A DNA stretch of 64,000 nucleotides from the human T2T-CHM13v2.0 reference genome, Homo sapiens, in NCBI RefSeq assembly GCF_009914755.1, contig NC_060930.1. One strand, 5' to 3'. The position numbers and the translations under genes are program-made. A model generated the notes under the pieces. That model searched no databases and was not told the origin of the DNA. It saw only the letters and a program-made list of their open reading frames with translations. Shown piece after piece: positions 49,636 through 61,388 of the stretch. The number at the start of each line of letters is the position of its first letter. Position 1 is the first letter of the stretch.

Positions 49636-50233
49636 CTGCGAGACAACGCCGTCCCGACTCCACCAGGCTCTGCACTCCATCTCCCAGCCGACCCCGCGCC
49701 GCGGAGGAGGCGAGCTTGGTGATGAGCTGCCCCAGCGGTAGGGGGCCTGGGGCGGAGAAGCCGCTACAGCCGCGGCCGGGCGACGCTGACATCTGGCATC
49801 CCTGGGGTCTCAGAGACACGGGTGGACAGCGACGAGGGCCTTGTGGCCGCCGTGTGTACCCGTGCTTACCCTCTGTCCTCCCTACAGGCGCGCGGCGTCC
49901 GCCATGGAAGCGCATCCGACCGCTGGGGTCTCTGGGTGCCGCGGCCTCGGCTCTCCGGGGCGATGAGGGACTAGAGGCGCCCTGAGGCCCGCCTGCCTCC
50001 CGCGCTCTGGCCACCCCGGCGGGAAAAGGATCGGGCGGGCGGGCGGTCCCACAGTGCCCGCCTTTGCGCCGCCCCACCCCCTGGGGGCGCTGCCGAGGGG
50101 GCGCCAGCCGCCCATGCCGCCCCGGCGCCCAGCCGCGCCTGGCGCCCGCCGCTGAAGCGCAGGACGCGCCGCCGCCCGCGCTCACCGCCGTCCGCGCCAG
50201 CCGCCCCGAGCCGACTGCCCTTCTGCCCCCAAG

Positions 50234-50309
50234 ATGTGGCACAGCGTCGGGCTGACTCTGCTTGTGTTCGTGGCCACGCTGCTGATCGTCCTGCTGCTGA
50301 TGGTGTGCG
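50234..50309 (+). CDS. SMIM13: Small integral membrane protein 13, coding exon 1 (MWHSVGLTLLVFVATLLIVLLLMVC+G); the rest of the gene lies beyond the window
   Basis: AAGATG start with A at -3, a hydrophobic TM helix, and a perfect donor G|GTGAGT at 50309/50310 (phase 1). Peptide recognised as the SMIM13 N-terminus. Absent from the ORF track. Confidence 0.93.
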
Positions 50310-51269
50310 GTGAGTGGGGGCGGTAGCCGCGAGGCAGTTCCACACGCCGGGTCGCTGATCTGCTGGGGTTTTTTTTGTTGTTTGTTTTTTTGAAAAAAAC
50401 AAAAGGGCGTGGACGGACAATTGTCTTAAAATCAACTGTTGTCCCTTAGCCTCTAGGGCTGAGCGCAGAGGTGGGCCCTTTACTCATGGCCGGCCCTCGG
50501 GCATCCTGGGGAGGGAAAGGACAGGCTCCAGGGCTTCCTGCCTCTGAGTGAAACTCAGCCTTGCTTCACCGGCAGCGTCTGCTCTTTCATTCTCACCACA
50601 GGCTGCCCAGATTGTAACCTTGGCCTGCATTCGAAGGTGAAGTGATTGATTGGTCCTTTTTCATTTGCACAGATTCTGACCTTAATAATGAGAGGTGTCA
50701 CCTTCGTTTCATCAGCGAGTGGGGTAGAGTTGGGTTTTCAGCACGCGTGAAATTGTTTACTTAGAGTTCAGCCTTAAACTCAATTCCAAGCAGAGATGTG
50801 GAGACCAGGCAGAGCTTAGAAACACCGGCTATATTAAACTTGCAGGGTCGGGTAACCTAACTCTCAGTTCTATAATAATGGTGCTATTTCGAATGCTGTG
50901 CGTATTTTCCTTCTTGGAATGAGAGGACGTTCAACTTTTTTCTTCAAATAATGGTAGCCCAATTTTAGATCTTTTTGATTTCTTTGTACATGTATAGTAG
51001 CTGATAACCACAGGTCTCTTAGCAAAGTGGCTAAGCAATTGTGAAAATCTAAAAAGTACGTAGAACACGTGTCAGTGAGTTTACACATATTTATAAGACT
51101 GAAGTATGGGTTCAGGTTGATGTAATAATGGGTCAGAATTCATACAGATACTATAGGGCTTGTTCATTACACGATAAATGTACAAATTAATACTTAGTGA
51201 CGCTGTGGAATATATGTGTGCACTTGTGCATATGCATGTGTATGTATTTATAAACTTATATGTTTATTT

Positions 51270-51572
51270 TATTTTTTGAGATGGAGTCTCGCTCTTGTTG
51301 CCCAGGCAGGAGTGCAATGCAGTGGCCTGATCTTGGCCCACTGCAACCTCTGCCTCCTGGGTTTAAGTGATTCTCCTGCCTCAGACTCTCGAGTAGCTGT
51401 AGCCGGGATTACAGGTGCCCGCCACCATGCCCAGCTAATTTTTGTATTTTTAGTAGAGATGGGGTTTAACCGTGTTGGTCAGGCTGGTCTTGAACTCCTG
51501 ACCTCATGTGATCTACCCGCCTTGGCCTCCCAAAGTGCTGGGATTACAGGCATGAGTCACTGCATCCGGCCT
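51270..51572 (-). mobile_element. AluS
   Basis: Antisense Alu with small internal duplications. Confidence 0.9.
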
Positions 51573-52048
51573 TGTATGTATGTTTAAAATTTGTTGTGCT
51601 TTTCTGTAACACCAGGTTAAAGCTTCTAATTTACAGCCTTTCTTTTCTGATGAGATAAAGCAATTGAATAACCTTTCTCAATTTTCTGCTTGTGATATCA
51701 ACAAGCAGAAGAATATTAGAATATTGAACTAATTGTAGATGTTTAAGGTTCTTGAAGTAAGGAAAACAAAATCCTTGTGATATGTTTGGATGTGGGGAAG
51801 GAGGGAAAGCATTTATTACCCTTTCTAGTTTGAAAATGCGAGCTACCTGGACATGGGAATGAATGTGACACGTAGACCCTACCATACCTTCACTAGGATA
51901 TTTGCCAAATTTACCTTTATGGCTTCAGAAATCCAAATTGCTCTCTCATCTCTAAACAGCTGTTTGATGGTTTAATTATACACATTTTTCTAAAAGTGCT
52001 TTTAGTTTCAGAAACATTAAGGAATAAGAGAGATGAGGTGTGCTAGGA

Positions 52049-52341
52049 CAGCAGTCCCCAACCTTTTTGGTACCAGGGACTTGTTTTGTGGAGAACAATT
52101 TTTCCACAGACGGAGCAGGGATGGTTTTGGGATAAAATTATTCCAGCTCAGATCATCAGGCATTAGTTAGATTCTCATAAGGAGCGAGCAACCTAGATCC
52201 CTCCTATGTGCATTTCACAATAGGGTTTGTGCTCCTATGAGAATCTGGTATGTCGCTGATCAGACAGGAGGCGGAGCTCAGATGGTAATACTTGCCTCCT
52301 GCAGGGAGGAGGGATCTGTGTGCTAGGGCTGGAGAGCCCTG
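52049..52341 (+). mobile_element. MER1-type hAT DNA transposon
   Basis: CAGCAGTCCCCAACCTTTTTGG start; perfect 8-bp TSD TGCTAGGA at 52041-52048 and 52342-52349. Confidence 0.85.
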
Positions 52342-52524
52342 TGCTAGGACACCTTAGTTTTTGGAATAGTCAAGAACTAAAAGCTCTATGATGAAGTGAT
52401 CAATACTTTTTTTGTTGTTGTTGGGAGAACTGATGATGGAGTAGCCTCATCTTTTGACTAGGATGGGGCGGGAACTTGGGGAGAGGAGGCAAGGATCAGA
52501 CCAGACTTAAGAGAGAAATTAGAG

Positions 52525-53690
<1,166 letters not shown>

Positions 53691-54354
53691 GCACCATGTC
53701 TTTAGCACTGGCTGAAAGCTAGGGAGTAGCTGTATGCCCATAAAACAGTTGTTTTTACCCTTCTAGCGGTCACAAGCCCTTTTGAGAGTCTGGTAAATGC
53801 TGTGAACCTTTCTTTTTTTTTAAAAAAGAAAAATTCACCCACATAACTTATCTGCTCCCTGCTCGCCGCCCCCCCACCCAATTTCTGAGATTTCATGGAC
53901 TCCTCTTCCTTGAATACAAACATGGAGTTCAGATCAAGAGGCTCTGCTCTTTGGGCTGGGTCTCCTGTTTTCTTATTTCATTCAGTTCAACAAACTGAAT
54001 ATTGAGTGTCTACCAGGAACTGGGAACACAGTTCCTGTCCCTAGGAATTTATGTAGTTTTCTCTAGAGCTCTGACAGACTCCTTCACCTAGTGAATTCTG
54101 ATGTCCAAAGTTCAGATTCCTAGGCAGGTTTCCCTTCTGTCTACATTGGTTGTCTCTGCTTTCTCACCTCTCATTCATTCCAAGGTGTTTTCTACCCCCA
54201 CTATTCAGTGATGCTGCTGTTGTCAAAGTCAGTAACAGATGGCCTCCATATTACCCAGCCTGTGGTGGTCGCTTCTTAGTCCTAACTGAGCTTAAATTGT
54301 CATATTCATTCCTTACAGTTAAGTGATGTCTGCTAGAAACATTTAACGTTTCTT

Positions 54355-56278
<1,924 letters not shown>

Positions 56279-57304
56279 CTACTTTGGTACATTGTTATGT
56301 GCCCCCTACCAGATGTTCCACAATCTCTTACACTCATCAGTGGTATTTCCCACGTGTTCAAATGGATTGCTTTTCCCCTCCTTCCCCCACCCAGATCCAG
56401 AACCTTCCTTCTTTCTCAACAGCTGTCATTCTGCAGAAAGTTGTACTTTCTCTATTATCCTCTTCTGTACCCTGTTTTCTGGATCTCATGTCATTATCTT
56501 TTTCAGTTTCCATTCTTTTTTTGTTGGAGCACATTTTCTAGTAGCTTTCTAGGAAAGAATGCATGAAAAATTTTTTTTTGAGCTAATGCATACCTGAAAA
56601 TGTCTCTATTTATTTATATTTTACCTTTATACTTGATTGATAATTTGAATAGATTTTGGGGTTATAGATTTTCACCCAAAATTTAAAAATGGTTACCCCA
56701 TTGATTTCTTGCTTCTAGGTCTGGTATTGAAAAATTTATTGCCTTCTGTTTCCTTGTCATTATACATGACTTGGTTTCTCTTTCAAGATGCTTTTTGGAT
56801 AGCCTTTTTGTCATTGTATACTGAAATGTCATAATGATGTACCTTTGTGTGTGTCTCTTTCATTTTTCTAGGTCCCTTCAGTTCAGATTTTTTCCTCATT
56901 TGTGGAGAAATTTTCTACTAGATTTGTGATCAATTTCCTCCTCTCCATTTTCTTTTTTTTTTTTTTTCTGTTCTCTCTGAAACTTCTGGTAGTTGTATGC
57001 TGGACCTTTTGGGTTGATTCTTTAATTTTATCTTTTTATCTCCTAATTCCCTCCTCCCCCTTTCTTCTGGAGGATGTTTGGGGCTTTATCTTCTGTCTCT
57101 TAAATTGAGTTTTTAATTTTAGCTGTCCAGTTTTTAATTTCAGAACTTGGTTGTTCTATGTTTAGCGTTGGACCTGGGCTGATCTGTGACTGTGTGATCA
57201 AGTCACACAGCTAGCGTTGCCGCTTGCTAGCTGTGTGGCTTGAGGAATGCAGTCAACCTCTCTTATTTCAGCAAGTAGATAAATTCACAAATAATTCAGG
57301 AATA

Positions 57305-58157
57305 CTGAGGTTCGACTTTGTTTCTGCTTATTTATCTTACATTGAGGTACTATAACTGTAATAGAGCTGTTTCTCGCAATACCAGGTTGCAGTGAAGAGG
57401 TTCTATGGTAGGGCTTCCGAAGGAGGAGATGGAAGGAAACACCAAATCCATCTTGGAGGGGTTTGGGGCTAGGGTTTAAGGGTTTTGGAGTGGGCCGATT
57501 GATTGGTCAAAGAGTGCAGGGGTGAAACCATGGAACAGGGAGATGAAGACACTATTCTCATGCTGATTTGATTCCTCTGTAGGGTGTCTTTAAACTGGTC
57601 TTATACTGGTGACAGCTGTTTTACTGTAATTCCAGAACCTGAAAAACATCTTAAGCAATTCTTTTTTTTTTTTTTTTGAGACAGAGTCTCATCTGTCGCC
57701 CAGACTGGAGTGGAGTGGCACAATTGCCGCTCACTGCAACTTCCCCCTCCTGGGTTCAAGTGATTCTCCTGCCTCAGCCACCCAAGTAGCTGTATTACAG
57801 GCATGCGCCACCACACCCTGCTAATTTTTTGTATTTTTAGTAGAGACAGGGTTTCACTATGTTGGCCAGGCTGGTCTTGAACTCCTGATCTGGTGATCCG
57901 CCCACCTCAGCCTCCCAAAGTGCTGGGATTACAGGTGTGAGCCACCACGCCTGGCCTCATCTTTAGCAATTCTTAAAAGCCTTATAATTCTAACTCAAAA
58001 ATCTTATTTTTAGGAACCATGGAGATGTAAATGGACAGTATCTAGTGTATTGTGACTTTTGGTTACAAGAAAATGGGTCAAAATGCAGCTTGATTAATGC
58101 TTAATTATAATTATGTTTCTGTCCAGAATTCTCATTAACCCTGTGAGGATGGCTTCA
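57305..58157 (-). mobile_element. ERV1-class solo LTR split by an Alu (57662-57956)
   Basis: Minus strand begins TGAAGCCATCCTCACAGGGTTAA, a MER4-group-style LTR start; family not assigned. Confidence 0.6.
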
Positions 58158-58383
58158 GTACAGGTGGATATATATGAATTAATTGACTTTTGAAAAATCA
58201 ATTTTTAAAGATTAAATTTGGTTTTAGAAATTTAAACTATCCTTAGATTAATACAGTTTTATTTAGGATAATGTACACCTTTCAAAGATAGTAGATTGAG
58301 GTAAAATGTGTTGATTACAGAAAAGTGTGAACAAATTTTGTAGGTTGTCTAGTTCATTGGTTTTCCTACAATCTGCAAAGATG

Positions 58384-58671
58384 TGTTAAGAAATCAACTT
58401 AGGCACATTAGCATTTTAGAGAGTTTATTTGAGCAAGGGTGATTCATGAACAGGCAGGGCCAAACTGCAAGCAACTGGGTCTCTACTACAGAGGTACAAG
58501 GGGGAAAATTTTATAAGGTTCCCACAGAAGCAAGACAAAGAAAATACTTGGTTAAAATTGAAAGGACCTAGTTAGAGGTTAGATGGTGGTTTCTAATTGG
58601 TTAAGCTTGTTTGGCTGTTTACACTGAGTCGGGTGTTAGTTTGCTTGGTGCTGGAACCTAAATGGTGGAAC
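58384..58671 (-). mobile_element. 3' part of an older LTR, cut by the HERV-FRD insertion
   Basis: Minus strand has CCAAT (~58596-58600), TTATAAAA (58509-58516), AATAAA (58424-58429) and terminal ...TTAACA. Confidence 0.6.
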
Positions 58672-59368
58672 TGTTACCAGCAGCAAATCCAATGGGTCTG
58701 CAGCAGACTCCATCCTTGCCCCCTGGAGGAGAGGAGGGAATTTGGCCGGGGAGGCGTAAGGTAGCATGATAGTCCAAGGCAAGTTTTATAGCAGGAGTAA
58801 AAGTTTTAGAGCAAGAACAAAAGGAAGCAAAGTGCACTTGAAGAGAGCCAAGCGGGTGACTTGAGAGATCCAATTGCCTTGGTAGGCCCTTGACTTGGGG
58901 TTTTATACATTGGCATTGTTCCGGGGTTTCCATTTCTCCTCCTCTGATTTTTCTTTGGGGCGGGCTGTCTGCATGCACAGTGGCCTGCCAGCACTTGGGA
59001 GGGGACGCATGTGCAGTGTTTTTACTGAAGTTGTGCACGTGTTCACTGGAGGAGTTTTTCCCTTACCAGTCAAGCCTTCCTAAAGGAAGGTCATATATGA
59101 GTTAAATGCCACTATTTTGCCTCTTAGGGTGCATGCTTGAGCCTGCGCACCCAACTCCTGAGATCTTATCAGGAAGTGGCTGATCACCAGCTTCAGGTGT
59201 TTCCTATCTATTGGGAGGCCATCGTTCCCTGGCGCCAGCTGCCACTCATTATTATGTTAGAGACACAGCTTAACAACTGCCTCACCATCACCTGATGGTT
59301 GCCTGACATTCCTGGTGAGGGGGCCCTCCCCTGCCCTGCTCATGTCTGACTAGCTACCTGCTCCAACA
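58672..59368 (-). mobile_element. HERV-FRD 3' LTR (MER50 type)
   Basis: TGTTGGAG...GGTAACA termini (TG...CA), preceded by polypurine tract GAGGGGGGGAAA (59369-59380); TATAAAA at 58901-58907. Confidence 0.9.
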
Positions 59369-59612
59369 TTTCCCCCCCTCAAGAGTCCAAGACCCAATTA
59401 TCTGGGAAAATGGACGAAGGTCAGTCTTCTTTAACTGCTTCCTGCTGACAGAGGGGCTGTAGTGGTTGTTCTGTGGGTCTTGGCCTCTTGCTAGCTGTCA
59501 GGGCAGGATGGCTCTGTGGATTGGCAAAAACCATATCCAGCCAGGTCCACGGGAGACGGGGCAGGATTTCGCCTCTGTCGTGTTCCACTAGCGAGCAGTC
59601 TAGGGGTCCTCC

Positions 59613-61229
59613 TTAGAAGGGTGACTCTTGAATATTGCGAGGATGGCGTCCTGCACTGAGATTCGTCTGGAGCTTTATGGCCTGAAGGCGAGAGGAGACA
59701 AATTGGGTTATTAGATTTAGGAGACATGGACCAAAAAGGAGCAAAAGTAGGAGACTAACAAGTGGGCCTGTAAGGGGAAGAACCCAAGAGAACCATTTCC
59801 AAGTTCCTTCCCAATTTAACCAACCCTGAGTGGCTCGTTCCCGTAAACTGGAGGCTTGATTTAGGAGTTGTCTGATGTTGTCTTGTACTTTTCCTGATTG
59901 ATTTACCCAAAAGCAACATTTTTCATCTAAGGCCAAACAAATTCCTCCCTGTGCTGCCGTTAACATGTCTAGTCCTCGACGATTTTGAAGGACTACGGCT
60001 GCTAAAGAGTCGATTTGTTCTTGCATGGTCGTTAAGGCTTTAGCCATGGTGTCAATGTTGTTGGCTATTTCCTTTGAGAGCTGGCTATAGGTGAGGGAAG
60101 CTTTTGTGATTCCAGCAATTCCGGTTCCCGTACCAGCTAGAATGCCGAGTCCCGCGAGAAGGGGAATGAAATGGATTGCCCTCCTCACCCTGGGCAACGG
60201 GGAATTCCCATAGATTGGTATTGGAAGAGAGAGATTGCCAGGGGCTATGAAGATGTCTGGGGTTACATAGCCTATGGTACAAGTTCCAGTCCAGTTACTG
60301 GGGAGGCATTGGTGAATCGACTGGCCACAAATATAAAAGGCTCCTTGAGTTTTAAGGCATGTAGAGATATGGAAATGAAATAAGGGGGTGAGGGAGGTTC
60401 CAAAAAATTCTGAGACTGCTGATATGCCCAGGTAGCTGGTGGCTATAGTCATGCCTGCTAAGACTTGGACGCAGGGTGTTTGGCTCTGGTTAGCTCCCTT
60501 GGTTTTATTTTCCCAAAAAAGAGAATTTCGAGTTTGGTCCAATAGAACCCATTCCGCTGTAGAGCTGAGGTTGGAAATTTGCAGACATTGGTTATAATCA
60601 GCAGGCCGGAACCAGAAGTTTCGAGTACTGCATGAGCTTGGGCGTCCCTGGCAAAACCGGCTGGATTTATCTAGCAAAGTTCCCTGAGGAAAAGTAATAT
60701 TTGGAGGTTTGGGGAATCTTGGTTGATGGCGGAATTGGTTGTGGGTGTATGTTTGGTAAGTCTGTTGGTTAGAATCTACAGTGAAAGTAACATTACAGAC
60801 TGTACTTGGAAGAGTGCCTACATTTGTTCCATTTTTCCTTTTGGCCATAACACAAATAGGGGCTATTCCCATTAGGTTGATATTAGTAAAGATGGGTCCG
60901 AAAATGGGAGGTTTCTGGCGGATATCAGGGAAATCTTGCTTTACTGTTGAAAGAAGACTATTTGCAGGCCTCATCAGTCCTTTCAGATTAGGGTCCCATC
61001 GATAGGAAATATGTAATTCCGCCTCTATGCTTGTCCATTCTCTGGGCGAGGCTGGATAAGCTGTCCCTGGTGTTTCAGTGGAAGAGCTAGTACATAACCA
61101 GCAATTGGTGGAGTAAGGGGATCCTGTACTTTGGAGCAGTTGCTGAGCTTTTTCCAATAACGGGAAATCAGGATGGCGGTAGGCTGCTAGTGAAGGCGTG
61201 AGAATGAGAACCAGCAGGAGCAGGCCCAT
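59613..61229 (-). CDS. ERVFRD-1: Syncytin-2 (HERV-FRD envelope), 538 aa placental fusogen
   Basis: Intact ORF with signal peptide, CWLC (CxxC), furin site RVRR, fusion peptide AIHFIPLLAGLG, ISD LQNRRGLDMLTAAQGGI, CX6CC (CLALDEKCC) and TM helix. Strong Kozak GTCACCATGG. Matches the recalled syncytin-2 sequence. Confidence 0.99.
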   Translation of the reverse strand: MGLLLLVLILTPSLAAYRHPDFPLLEKAQQLLQSTGSPYSTNCWLCTSSSTETPGTAYPASPREWTSIEAELHISYRWDPNLKGLMRPANSLLSTVKQDFPDIRQKPPIFGPIFTNINLMGIAPICVMAKRKNGTNVGTLPSTVCNVTFTVDSNQQTYQTYTHNQFRHQPRFPKPPNITFPQGTLLDKSSRFCQGRPSSCSTRNFWFRPADYNQCLQISNLSSTAEWVLLDQTRNSLFWENKTKGANQSQTPCVQVLAGMTIATSYLGISAVSEFFGTSLTPLFHFHISTCLKTQGAFYICGQSIHQCLPSNWTGTCTIGYVTPDIFIAPGNLSLPIPIYGNSPLPRVRRAIHFIPLLAGLGILAGTGTGIAGITKASLTYSQLSKEIANNIDTMAKALTTMQEQIDSLAAVVLQNRRGLDMLTAAQGGICLALDEKCCFWVNQSGKVQDNIRQLLNQASSLRERATQGWLNWEGTWKWFSWVLPLTGPLVSLLLLLLFGPCLLNLITQFVSSRLQAIKLQTNLSAGRHPRNIQESPF

Positions 61230-61388
61230 GGTGACCTAAGAGAAACTGGTCACAAAACGAGCTGCCAATGGAACTCCTGGTGGTGTACAAGTTAGGGTTA
61301 AAATAGTGATAACAATCAGAGCAATTGCCAGTAAAATTTCTAGTATTGGGATCACCTTACTTTGAGGTGAAAGGATGTTGGTGGGGCA

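Larger units (their letters stand above)
49250..50360. promoter_or_regulatory. SMIM13: SMIM13 CpG-island promoter
   Basis: High CpG density and GC boxes (GGGCGGGCGGGCGG at ~50033-50046) preceding the coding exon. Confidence 0.9.

Noticed and set aside
49467-50435. ORFs of 154-255 aa in the SMIM13 CpG island
   Set aside because: Low-complexity GC-driven frames on both strands; the real coding exon is 50234-50309.
58658-59105. ORFs within the MER50 LTR
   Set aside because: No recognisable domain; chance frames in LTR sequence.
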